From Mobula hypostoma (taxonomy: Eukaryota): a DNA stretch of 64,000 nucleotides. Positions within the stretch are counted from its first letter, which is position 1. The number at the start of each line of letters is the position of its first letter. The stretch is taken from NCBI RefSeq assembly GCF_963921235.1, contig NC_086097.1, positions 193,318,001 to 193,382,000 of the forward strand, in the 5' to 3' direction. This document shows positions 37,540 through 50,184 of the stretch, piece by piece. The notes under the pieces were generated by a model, which saw only the letters and a program-made list of their open reading frames with translations, was not told the origin of the DNA and searched no databases. The translations under genes were made by a program, and so were the position numbers.

Positions 37540-38053
37540 CAAGACATTGGAGAGGGTTCAAAGGAGGTCCACGAAAATGATTCCCGGATTGAAAGGCTCA
37601 TCGTATGAGGAGCGTTTGATGGCTCTTGCCCTCTAATCACAGGAATTCAGAAGAATGAGAAGTGACCTTATTGAAACCTATCAAATGTTCAAAGGCCTCA
37701 ATAGACTGGATGTGGAGAGGGTGTTTCCTCTGGTGGAGGAATCTAAGACCAGAGGGCACAGCCTCAGAATAGAGGTACATCTTTTTAGAATGGAGACGGG
37801 AAGGAATTTCTTTAGCCAGAGAGTCGTGAATCTGTGGAGTTCAGTGTTACAGGTGGCTGTGGAGGCCAAGACATTGGGTATATTTTAGACAGAGGTTGAT
37901 AGATTCTTGATTAGTCAGGGCATGGAGGGATACAAAGTGAAGTCAGGAAGTTGGGGCTAAGAGGGAAAATGGATCAGCCATGATGAAATGGCAAAGCAAA
38001 CTTAATAGGCCAAATGCTCTAATACTGCTCCTACATTTTATGGTCTTATGGTC
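37540..38053 (+). mobile_element. CR1 3' fragment
   Basis: RSDLIETYQMFKGL...SKTRGHSLRI...FFSQRVVNLW, followed by a (ttatggtc)n tail. Confidence 0.85.
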
Positions 38054-38180
38054 TAGGGTCTAAGACAAAAGATTATATTTTTTTACCGGAAGAGGTGAAA
38101 ACAACTGTTTTAGTTACAGTACAATGAATTGGTAAATCGGTGTTTTGTATTATTAAGAAACAATTAAGAAAAGCAGTGTT

Positions 38181-40669
38181 CGCCATGATGCAGAACTCTT
38201 CTTCCGCCGTCTCCGTCTCCAAGCCTACTTCTTCGGCAAGGACTCTTCCACCCCCACCGATGACCCCTTCTCCCGTCTTCAACCCTCCTCTTCTTCATGG
38301 ACACCCCGCTCTAGTCTTCTGCCTGCTCTGGATCTCTTTATTGTTAACTGCCGACGGGACATCAAACGTCTCGACTTCACCGCACCTTGTCCCCATTCCA
38401 ACCTCACTCCTTCCGAACGCTCTGCTCTCCACTCCCTCCGCACTAATCCTAACCTTACTATTAAACCCGCCGATAAGGTGGGTGCTGTTGTAGTCTGGCG
38501 TACTGACCTATACCTTGCCGAGGCACAGCGACAACTCGCGGATACATCCTCTTATTTACCCCTTGATCGTGACCCCACTAAGGAGCACCAGGCCATTGTC
38601 TCCCACATCATCACCGACTTTATCTGCTCAGGGGATCTCCCACCCACTGCTACCAACCTTATAGTTCCCACACCTCGCACTTCCCGTTTCTACCTCCTAC
38701 CCAAGATCCACAAACCTGCTTGTCCTGGTAGACCTATTGTCTCAGCTTGCTCCTGCCCCACTGAACTTGTTTCTGCATACCTTGACAGGTTTTATCCCCC
38801 CTTGTTCAATCCCTTCCTACCTATGTTCATGACACTTCTCACGCTCTTAACCTTTTCGATGATTTTAAGTTCCCTGGCCCCACCGCTTTATTTTCACCAT
38901 GGATGTCCAGTCCCTATATACTTCCATCCCCCATCAGGAAGGTCTCAAAGCTCTCCGCTTCTTTTTGGATTCCAGACCTAATCAGTTCCCCTCTACCACC
39001 ACTCTGCTCTGTCTAGCGGAATTAGTCCTTACTCTTAATAATTTCTCCTTTGGCTCCTCCCACTTCCTCCAAACTAAAGGTGTAGCTATGGGCACCCGTA
39101 TGGGTCCTAGCTATGCCTGCCTTTTGGTTGGCTTTGTGGAACAATCTATGTTCCGTACCTATTCTGGTATCTGTCCCCCACTTTTCCTTCGCTACATCGA
39201 CGACTGCATTGGCGCTGCTTCCTGCACACATGCTGAGCTCATTGACTTTATTAACTTTGCCTCCAACTTTCACCCTGCCCTCAAGTTTACCTGGTCCATT
39301 TCCGACACCTCCCTCCCCTTTCTAGATCTTTCTGTCTCTGTCACTGGAGACAGCTTATCCACTGATGTCTACTATAAGCCTACTGACTTTCACAGCTATC
39401 TGGACTATTCCTCTTCTCACCCTGTCTCTTGCAAAAATGTCATCCCCTTCTCACAATTCCTTCGTCTCCGCCGCATCTGCTCTCAGGATGAGGCTTTTCA
39501 TTCCAGGACGAGGGAGATGTCCTCCTTTTTTAAAGAAAGGAGCTTCCCTTCCTCCACCATCAACTCTGCTCTCAAACGCATCTCTCCCATTTCACGCACA
39601 ACTGCTCTCACTCCATCCTCCCGCCACCCCACTAGGAACAGGGTTCCCCTGGTCCTCACCTACCACCCCACCAGCCTCCGGGTCCAACATATTATTCTCC
39701 GTAACTTCCGCCACCTCCAACGGGATCCCACCACTAAGCACATCTTTCCCTCCCCACCCCCGCTTTCTGCAGGGATCGGTCCCTACGCGACTCCCTTGTC
39801 CATTCGTCCCCCCCATCCCTCCTCACTGATCTCCCTCCTGGCACTTATCCTTGTAAGCAGAACAAGTGCTACACATGCCCTTACACTTCCTCCCTTACCA
39901 CCATTCAGGGCCCCAGACAGTCCTTCCAGGAGAGGCGACACTTCACCTGTGGGTCGGCTGGGGTGATATACTGCATCCTGTGCTCCCGATGTGGCCTTCT
40001 ATATATTGGCGAGACCCGATGCAGACTGGGAGACCACTTTGCTGAATACCTACGCTCTGTCCGCCTGAGAAAGCAGGATCTCCCAGTGGCCACACATTTT
40101 AATTCCACATCCCATTCCCATTCTGACATGTCTATCCACGGCCTCCTCTACTGTAAAGATGAAGCCACACTCAGGTTGGAGGAACAACACCTTATGTCCC
40201 GTCTGGGTAGCCTCCAACCTGATGGCATGATCATTGACTTCTCTAACTTCCGCTAATGCCCCACCTCCCCCTCGTACCCCATCCGTTATTTATTTTTATA
40301 CACACATTCTTTCCCTCACTCTCCTTTTTCTGACTATACCCCTTGCCCATTCTCTGGGTTCCCCCCCTTTGTCTTTCTCCCTGGGCCTCCTGTCCCATGA
40401 TCCTCTCATATCCCCTTTGCCAATCACCTGTCCAGCTCTTGGCTCCTCCCTCCCCCTCCTGTCTTCTCCTATCATTTTGGATCTCCCCCTCCCCCTCCAA
40501 CTTTCAAATCTCTTACTCACTCTTCCTTCAGTTAGTCCTGACGAAGGGTCTCGGCCTGAAACGTCGACTGTACCTCTTCCTAGAGATGCTGCCTGGCCTG
40601 CTGCGTTCACCAGCAACTTTGATGTGTGTTGCTTGAATTTCCAGCATCTGCAGAATTCCTGTTGTTTAC
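38181..40669 (+). mobile_element. 5'-truncated Penelope-like element: RT plus GIY-YIG endonuclease (frameshifted) and 3' pLTR
   Basis: FYLLPKIHK..PGRPIVS, DVQSLYTSIPH, GVAMGTRMGPS, RYIDD, LPFLD, YYKPT, then IYCILCSRCGLLYIGET. Flanked by 13-bp TSD gaaaagcagtgtt (38168-38180 and 40670-40682). Confidence 0.95.
40534..40569 (+). ncRNA. Minimal type I hammerhead ribozyme motif in the Penelope pLTR
   Basis: AGTC-CTGACGA-AGGgtctcggCCT-GAAA-CG-TC-GACT: helix I AGTC/GACT, conserved CUGANGA and GAAA boxes, helix II, and a palindromic ACGT in place of helix III. Predicted cleavage is after C40565. Confidence 0.8.
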
Positions 40670-41879
40670 GAAAAGCAGTGTTGATTAGCAGCCCTGTAAG
40701 AGAAAAAGAGACATTCATAATGAAACAAGAGAATTGACAATTTGCAATATAGTCTTGAGTGCAAACGGTTACTGTTTAGATAGTAAAATAGACAAAATGG
40801 CAAGTTGAATGCCACAGGATATATAAGCAATGTAGCCATGTAGAATTCAGCACGTCAGCTGTTCACATCATACTGTAAGTGGAAATAATTTGATGCTCTT
40901 TACTGCTAACTATCTTTCAGAGATTCAGGTTTACAGTATAATGAAAATGCATTACAAAGAATATTGCTGTAAAAGAGCACCAGAGTATGCCGATCAGAGA
41001 TCAGTTCTGAGAGCAATTGCATAATTATTAATCTGATAGTCTCACAGAAAGCTGAAGATGATTTATGCACTATGGTAGTGCAGAAATTGCAGGATTACTT
41101 TGATTCATATCTATTTGAAATAGCAGAAAGATGCATTTTTACAACAGAGGATTTATCCAGGTTTAACAGTTCTGGTAAATTATTAAGTTGTATGCAGTAG
41201 GATAGATTTGTGTTATGCACAGAGAATCTTACATTAGTCCTGTCTTGCAAAGTTGCAACCTCAATGGCAAGGAATTTTAAAATGTCAACGAATTTTGTCC
41301 ATATCAGCCATAACAGATGAAAATTTGTAACAAAGTCCACATTACAAATGTACAAACTGTCAATCTTTGCTAGAGATGCAATGGCAGCTATTCACTGCTG
41401 GTCTGGTGTTGAAGAAAACAAAGTAAACTAATTTTATCAAGGTACATATATGTCACCATATACTACATTACATTATATTACATTAGTTAGAATAAGGGGC
41501 AGAAAATAATGGCACATGAACCCAAACTCAAAACAGATAACCAGAGCAGACATAGGAATGTGATTGGTTTCCAAAATGGAAATCTATTCATCAAAAAATG
41601 CAGAGGGAGTTTGCATAGCACAGAAGTTGATTGGGATAGAGCTTTTTCCCTACTAGTAATAATGGCAGGAAATGGTAAAATTTCAAGATTTAATAGTCTA
41701 GATGGATAAAACAGAAGATTGTTCAATCATGGTAGAAACAACTATAGCAATAAATTCTACCAAATAACTTTGACAAAAAATACACTGTTGAGATATACTC
41801 AGATACTGAAGCTTCTGAATTAAATAAAATTCATTGTTTATGATAATAGTCAATTAGAGCTATCAATAAACAATGAAAA

Positions 41880-44838
41880 TGAAATCAAATCATTAGAAAG
41901 AGGTGGCATACGTTCGAAAGGTGTAGAATTGTTGTGGGCAGAACTAAGAAACTGCAAGGGTAAGAAAAATCAAATGGGAGTTATGTACAGACCCCCGAAT
42001 AGTAACATAGTTGTAGTCTACAAATTACAACGGGAGATCAAAAATGCATGTCAAAAGGGCAACGTTACAATAGTCATGGGGGATATCAATACGCAGGTGG
42101 ATTGAGAAAATCAGGTTGGTGCTGTATCCCAACAGGGGCTATTTGTAGAATGCCTTCAAGATGCCTTTTTAGAGCAGCTAGGGGTGCCTTTTTGAGCCCA
42201 CTAGGGAATCAGCTATTCTGGATCAGGTGTTGTGCAATGAATGGAAATTGATTTCAGAGCTTAAGGTAAAGGAACCCTGAGGGGACCAATGATTATATAT
42301 ATGATAGAGTTCACCCTGCAATTTGAGAAGGAGAAGCTAAATTCAGATGTATCAGTGCTACAGTGGAGTAAAGGGAATTACAGGGACATGAGAGAGGAGC
42401 TGGCCAAAATTGATTGAAAAGGAACTAGTAGGGATGATGGCAGAGTAGCAATGGCTAGAGTTTCTGGGAGCAATTCAGAAGGCACAGAATAGATACATCT
42501 CAAAGAAAAAGAGAAGTCAAAGCCAACATAGAAGCCAAACAGAAGCCATTTAATAGAGCAAAAATTAGTGGGAATTTAGAGGATTGGGAAGCTTTTTAAA
42601 ACCATCAAAAGGCAACTTAGCAAGTCATAAAGAAGGAAAAGATGGAATACCAAGGTAAGCTAACCAAAAATATTAAGGAGGATACCAAAAGTTTCTTCAG
42701 ATATATGAAGTATAAAAGAGAGGTGAGAGTAGATATCAGACCTCTGAAAAATGATGCTGGAGAGGTAGTAATGGGAGACAAGGAAATGCTGGATGAACTG
42801 AATAAATATTTTGCACCAGTCTTCACTGTAGAAGACACCAGCAGTACGCTGGAAGTTAGAGAGTATTAGGGGACAGAAGTGTGAAGCTTCCATTACTAGG
42901 GAGAAGGTGATTGGGAAACTGAAAGGTCTGAAGTTAGGTAAGTCACCTGGACAAGATGGTCTGCACTTCAGGGTTCCGAGAAAGGTGGCTGAAGAGATTG
43001 TGGAGGCATTACTAATGGTCTTTCAAGAATCAATGGATTCAGGCAGGGTTCCGGACGACAGGAAAATTATAAGTGTCACTCCACTCTTCAAGAAGCAGAA
43101 GAAAGGAAATTATAGGCCAGTTAGTCTGATCTCAGTGGTTGGGAAGATGTTGCAGTCAATTGTTAAGGATAATGTGTTGAGGTACATAATAAAATAGGCT
43201 GAAGTTGACATAGTTTCCTTTAGGGAAATGCTTGCCTGAAAAACCTGTTGGAATTCTTTGAAGAAATAACAAGCAGGATGGACAAAGGAGAATTGGTGAG
43301 TGTTGTGTACTTGGATTTTCAGAAGGCTTTTGAAAGCGTTGAGGAAGCAGGGAGACTTGCACAGATTGGAAGAATGGACAAAGATGTGGCAAATGGAGTA
43401 CATTGTCGGGAAGTATATGGTCATGCAATTGACAGAAGGAATAAAAGCACAGACTATTTTTTTAAATGAGGAGAAAATTAAAAAGTCCAAGTTACAAAGA
43501 TACCTGGGAGTCCTTGTGCAGGATACCCTATAAGTTAATTTGCAGGTTGAGTCAGTGGTGATGAAGGCAAATACAATGCTATCATTCATTTCAAAAGGAT
43601 CAGAATATAAAAGCAAGGATGTAATTCTAAGGATTTATAAAGCACATGAGGCCTCACATGAGTTTGTGAGCAGTTTTGGACCCCTTATCTAAGAAAGAAT
43701 GTGTTGATATTGAAGAAGATTCAAAGGATGTTCACAAAAATGGTCCTGGGATTGAAAGACTTATCATATGAGCAGCGTTTGATGGCTCTGGGCCTGTACT
43801 CACTGGAATTCAAAAGATTGATTGGGGATCTCATTGAAACCTATTGAAAGGCCTTGATAGAGTGGATGTGGAGAGGATGTTTCCTAAGGTGGGGGAATCT
43901 AAGACCACAGGACACAGCCTCAGAATAGAGGGACATCCATTTAGAACGGAGATGAGGAGGAATTCTCAGACTAACCTGGTCCCAACATATCGATGCAGTT
44001 ATATAGAAGGCAAGACTGCAGCTATACTTCATTAGGAGTTTGAAGAGATTTGGCATGTCACAAATACACTTAAAAACTTCTATAGATGTACCATGGAGAG
44101 GATTCTGACAGGCTGCATCACTGTCTGGTATGGGGGAGGGCAGGGCTATTGCACAGGACCAAAAGAAGCTGCAGAGGGTTATAAATCTAGTCAGCTCCAT
44201 CTTGGGTACTAGCCTACAATGTACCCAGGACATCTTCAAGGAGCGGTGTCTCAGGAAGGCAGCGTCCATTATTAAGGACATCCAGCACCCAGGGCATGCC
44301 CTTTTCTCACTGTTACCATCAGGTAGGAGGTACAGAAGCCTGAAAGCACACACTCAGCTATTCAGGAACCGCTTCTTCCCCTCTGCCATCCGATTCCTAA
44401 ATGGACATTAAACCCTTGGGCACTACCTCACTTTTTTATAATATACAGTATTTCTGTTTTTTGCATTTTTGAAATCTATTCAATATAAGTATACTGTACT
44501 GTAATTGGTTTATGTATTTATGTATGTATGTATTTATTTATTTATTATTTTTTTCTATATCATGTATTGCATTGAACTGCTGCTGCTAAGATAACAAACT
44601 TCACGTTACATGCCGGTGATAATAAACCTGATTCTGATTCTGATTCTGAATTCATTGCCACAGGTGATTGTGGAGGCCAAGCCATTGGGTATATTTAAGG
44701 AAGAAGTTAATAAGATTCTTAATTAGTCAGGGCATGAAACAATATAGGAGAAAACAGGAGATTGGATTTGAGAGGTAAGTGGATCAGCCATGATGAATTG
44801 GTGGAGCAGACTCGATTGGCTAACTGGTCTGATTCTGC
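41880..44838 (+). mobile_element. Degenerate CR1 ORF2 with a nested Rex1/Babar 3' end (about 43967-44648)
   Basis: KSPGQDGLH, GNYRPVSLISVVGK and VYLDFQKAF. The nested copy gives HPGHALFSLLPSGRRYRSLKAHT and a (ctgatt)n tail. Confidence 0.85.
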
Positions 44839-45557
44839 TCCTATATCTTACGATCTTATGAACATATAGTGACTATGGATTGAGTAGGGGAAATAAAGAT
44901 GAATTGAGATATAGAGCTAGTGATTACTCTGCAAAATCACACTCGAAAATACCATTCATAAGCAAGAAGAAAAATTAAAGATGCTTTAAAGATACTGCAA
45001 TTATGGGCTAGAAATTCAATCATAACAATATAAATGTTGGTTGGTGCCATATTTGCTAACATTTCACATTTCAGAAGAATTAGACACGATAGGGAAGAAT
45101 GGAGTCGTAGTGAAAAGGAGACAATAGCTCTACTGTACTACACACAGCTCATAATGCAATTAGATTATGTAGCAGCTATGGCAGCTTCCAGAATGCAATG
45201 ACACAATTGGCTCTCAGTCCTTCAAATAAACACAGACAGAAATGTTTACTTAGTTTACAATATGAATATTTGGACCTAGGTAACAAGAACACAATTTTTA
45301 ACTTGAACTAATGGATGATAACTTTCAAGACACAGCAGCAGAAATTGATAAAACAGTATAGATGACTGCTGCTCTGAAACTCTTCTATGAGCAAACACTG
45401 AAAGAAGAGATATCTTAGTGGTGGGGATTGGGGGTAAAGTATCATCCCCAGAGCTGAAAAGACAATATCGTTGGATTACATGTAGAACTTACTGACAGTA
45501 TAGATAAGGAGGATATTGCCAAACATTTAGGAATTCAAACCAAGGATACATAGTTAT

Positions 45558-46095
45558 TAGTCAAGTCAAGTCAAGTCACTTTTTATTGTCATTTCGACCA
45601 TAACTGCTGGTACAGTACACAGTAAAAACAAGACAACATTTTTCAGGACCATGGTGCTACATGAAACAATACAAAAACTACACTGAACTACATAAAACAA
45701 CACAAAAACTACACTAGACTACAGACCTACCCAGGACTGCATAAAGTACACAAAACAGTGCAGGCATTACAATAAGTAATAAATAAGACAATAGGCACAG
45801 TAGAGGGCAGTAGGTTGGTGTCAGTCCAGGCTCTGGGTATTGAGGAGTCTGATGGCTTGGGGGAAGAAACTGTTACATAGTCTGGTCGTGAGAGCCCGAA
45901 TACTTCGGTGCCTTTTGCCAGATGGCAGGAGGGAGAAGAGTTTGTATGAGGGGGGCGCGGGGTCCTTCGTAATGCTGTTTGCTTTACAGATGCAGCGTGT
46001 GGTGTAAATGTCTGTAATGGCGGGAAGAGAGACCCTGATGATCTTCTCGGCTGTCCTCAGTATCCGCTGCAGGGTCTTGCGATCCGAGATGGTGT
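45558..46095 (-). mobile_element. Rex1/Babar 3' end with (TTGAC)n tail
   Basis: agtcaagtcaagtcaagtcac tail; reverse strand reads LFSLLPSGKRHRSIRALTTRL. Confidence 0.75.
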
Positions 46096-46639
46096 TATCC
46101 GAGATGATGATATTAGCTCTGTATTTTAGATTTACTCTTAATTCATACGTCTGTTAAGAAGTAAAATCCTGAGAACTCATTGGGAAAAGTCAAGGGGAAG
46201 CAGATGAAGCAACATGAGAAAGACACTACGAACAGCAAGAAGTACAATATGCCTCTGTGATATTCGTGAGACATTTCAAATCCGCGAAATAAATATTAAT
46301 TTGTTCAAATTGGAGGAAGTGACAGAACTATCCACATTGGCTGTTACTGTTACCAATTGCGTTTAGGGGTGTGTTAGATCATACAAGAAAAATACATGAT
46401 AATGAATTTATTCTAATAGTGGAACTAAGGCCAACCACTGAAGAGGAAACAGAAGTCATCAAAGAATTGAACAAGATGTCACATGTTCTTCAGTTTAAAA
46501 AAACTATATCTACAAAGTTGCAAAACCAAAGTGTTAAGATGGTCCAAACTTGTGAAAATGTCAGTCAACAAAGTGAACTTGTTGTACGCATGTGAAATAG
46601 CTTACAAGAAAGGCTAAGCAGTACACTGCATTTCCCCTC

Positions 46640-47732
46640 GCAACACACACAAAAAATGCTGGTGAACGCAGCAGGCCAGGCAGCAACTATAGGAAGAGGT
46701 ACAGTCGACGTTTCGGGCCGGGTCCCATTGTCAGGACTAACTGAAAGAAGAGATAGTAAGAGATTTGAAAGTGGGAGGGGAGGGGTGGATCTAAGAGCTG
46801 GAAAGTTGATTGACAAAAAAGGATACTAGGCTGGAGAAGGAAGAGGATTATGGGACTGGAAGCCTGGGGAGAAAGAGAAGCGGAGAGGGGAGCCTGGAGG
46901 ATGGAGAGCAGGCTAGGAGTTATAGTGAGAGGGACAGAGGGAGAAAAAAGAGAGAGAGAAAAAAAAGGGGAAATAAATAAAAAAATATTAAATATATATA
47001 TTAAATAAATAAATAAGAGATGGGGTGTGAAGTGGAGGAGGGGCATTAACAGAAGTTAGAGAAGTCAATATTCATGCCATCAGGTTGGAGGCTACCCAGA
47101 TGGAATATAAGGTGTTGTTCCTTCAACCTGAGTGTGGCTTCATCTTGACAGTAGAGGAAGCCGTGGATAGACATATCAGAATGGGAATGGGACATGGAAT
47201 TAAAATGTGTGGCCACTGGGAGATCTTGCTTTCTCTGGCGGACAGAGCATAGGTGTTCAGCGAAACCGTCTCCCAGCCTGCGTCCGATCTCACCAATATA
47301 TAGAAGGCCACACAGGGAGCACCGAACGAAGTATATCACCCCAGCTGACTCACAGGTGAAGTGTCGCCTCACCTGGAAGGACTGTCCGGGGCCCTGAATG
47401 GTGGTGAGGGAGGAAGTGTAAGGGCAGGTGTAGCACTTGTTCCTCTTACAAGGGTAAGTGCCGGGAGGGAGATCGGTGGGAAGGGATGCGGGGGACGAAT
47501 GGACAAGAGAGTTGCATAGGGAGTGATCCCTGCGGAAAGCAGAAGGTGGGGGAGGGAAAGATGTGCTTAGTGGTGGGATTCCATTGGAGGTGGCAGAAGT
47601 TATGGAAAATTATATGTTGGACCTGGAGGCTGGTGGGGTGGTAGGTTAGGACAAGGGGAACCCTATTCCTAGTGGGGTGGCGGGAGGATGGGGTGAGAGC
47701 AGATGTGTGTGAAATGGGAGAGATGCATTTGA
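46640..47732 (-). mobile_element. Penelope-like 3' fragment (GIY-YIG plus pLTR)
   Basis: VIYFVRCSLCGLLYIGEIGRRLGD and a hammerhead-like motif at 46703-46738. Confidence 0.9.
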
Positions 47733-48944
47733 GGTGATAATTCTCTGTAACTGCTGCATCATTCTTACATCCCTATTTTCTTCTGAGTATGCGTTCAGTC
47801 TGACATTGGTGACTCAGTGGAGAGGAGCACTGTTTCCAGACATTCAGGAATTCAAAGCAAGAGAACATAGATATGATTAAGTGTTAAGAGATTTGAGACA
47901 GGAAACAAGAAAAAACTTTTCCCCACACAGAGGATGTGGAATTTACAACTGGATTTAGTGATTGAAACAGCAATTGTCAAAATTTAAGAATAGATTAGAT
48001 AGTGAGTGAAGGATAAAAGGATATTGTTGCATGGGATTAGGATCACTGCTGATATGAAAGATAAACAGCAGCAGATTTTGCTGGGTTGAACTTCCTGCTT
48101 TATGTTGTAATTTCTGTGTAATTCAGCAAACGATAATTTGCATTTGCATGACATTATTAACATTGTGAGACATCCTGAAGTGCTTGACAGGTGCATAATT
48201 ATTACTTAAAAAAATTATACTGAATCTAGGAAATCATTAAAATTGATTGCCCAAAAGCCTAATCAATGAAATCTCCTAAAGGGGCCAGTAAGAAAGGGAG
48301 AGGCAAAAAAAGATTGGAAACAGATTTTCATATTTTAGACATTGAAAGGTTAAGGGGATGGTGAGTATTTGTAGGGTGGGAACAGTTCCAAAAGAAATTG
48401 GAACCGAAGACACTGAAATTGAAAGAAAACAGAGTTGTCAGAGAATAAATAGACTGGGGCGAAGTTAAAGAGAAAAGGAAGGATGAGATCATGAAAGGTT
48501 TTGACACTTAGTTTTACTGGCAAGTTATGGTGGACAGAAAAATAGTGCAAATTAGAATCCTCCCAGCAGAATGCTGAATGAGTTGGAAGTGATGGAAATT
48601 GGATGTGTGCAAGCCAATGAAGCTCTGGTACAGTTACACATGTTCAGCCACAATGTCGCGGGTTCAACCCTAAATACAGTACCCTGTAGATAATTCTGAC
48701 TTCTGGACTGACTCAATGGCAAGATCTGTCATAAATCATTGCCCCAAGGATGAAGGAATTGTACAATTCACCCATGAATAATAGCTACCTATCTGTTGTA
48801 TCCAAGTGTTGACACCTTTTATCGATCTGTATCCCATCAATATTTTCCATTGCAAATCTCTCTTGATTTCATTGATTCCCTACATTATTTTATTTTGTTG
48901 TCATATTACAAGCTCAATCCCCCCTTCAGAAACTAAAAGAAAAA

Positions 48945-49545
48945 TGTGGGTGTAATCAATGGTAATGAGGGCTGTACCCATGATGGACTGGGTGTCAGTA
49001 TCCACTACTTCTTGTAGCATTTTCCATTCAAGGGCATGGGTGTTTCCATACCACACTGCGATGCAGCCAGTCAATATACTCTGCACACATCTGTAGAAGT
49101 TTGTTAAAGTTTTAGATATCATACTGAATCTCTGCAAACTCTTAAAGAAGTAGAGACGCTGTCGTACTTTCTTTGTAATTGTACTTATGTGCTGGGCCTA
49201 GGACAGGTCCTCCGAAATAATAACACCGAGGAATTTAAAGTTGCTGACTGTCTCCACCTCTGATCCTCTGATGAGGACTGGCTCATGGACCTCTGGTTTC
49301 CTTCTCCTGAGTCTATAATCAGCTCCTTGGTCTTGCTGACATTGAGTAAGAGGTTGTTGTTGTGGCACCACTCAGACAGAGTTTCAATCTCCCTCTGAGA
49401 TACATGCTGATTCATCACCAGTTTTGATTCGGCCTATGGCAGTGATGTCATCAGCAGACTTCAATATGGCATTGGAGCTGTGCTGAGCCACCCAGTCATA
49501 AATCTAAATCGATCAGAGCAGGGGAACTAAGCTTACAGCCTTTCA
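48945..49545 (-). mobile_element. Rex1/Babar fragment
   Basis: WCHNNNLLLNVSKTKELIID and FYRCVQSILTGCIAVWYG. Confidence 0.8.
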
Positions 49546-50184
49546 GATGCACATAAATGATAACATGATCTAGTTTCACAGAGCAAGGATGTTTTCACTT
49601 ATGTCTTGAGGAAAATGTGTTCCACAATCAGTATGCCAAAGAGACTATTTGGTTACGATCGTATTACTTCTTGTGGGGACTTGCTGGCACAAGTTAGTTG
49701 GAGTGTTTACAACAATGACTGCATTTTACATGAGAAAATCTGCAAGGGATGTAAAAAATATGTTTATAAAATATCATTCTTTCTGTAGTATTTTACCCAA
49801 GCATGATTTGATGATGAATAGTGACACCTGAACACGATCCATCCCCATCTTTTCATATATGGTGCAAGCTTATCATGAGAGAGTAATCAATACTGGAAAT
49901 CCAGGCTGATTTTTTCCCGCTATTGCAAAGATGTCAAATTCAATGACATTATTTTTCACTATCGCAAGGATGTCATTTATTACCTGTATTCCCAGCACTG
50001 TTGAACTATACTTACAGAAACAATAACCTATTAATATAGTTCACAGGAAATATTTTAAAACATTATCACATCAAGCCACATAAGGAGGTCATAGCATCAT
50101 AGACAGTGCATGGAAAAAGGGTTTTCAGCCGCCCAAGTTTTTGCTGACAATCAGAATCAAAATCCAGATCACTTACAACAGAAG

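Larger units (their letters stand above)
40760..46600 (+). mobile_element. Highly decayed Gypsy-type LTR retrotransposon internal region, split by later insertions
   Basis: Gag-like NLIVSQK...VVQKLQDYFDSYLFEIAERCIF (about 41030-41140) and RT-like EELDTIGKNGVV and IRLCSSY (about 45075-45180). Many stops; recognised by resemblance only. Confidence 0.4.
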
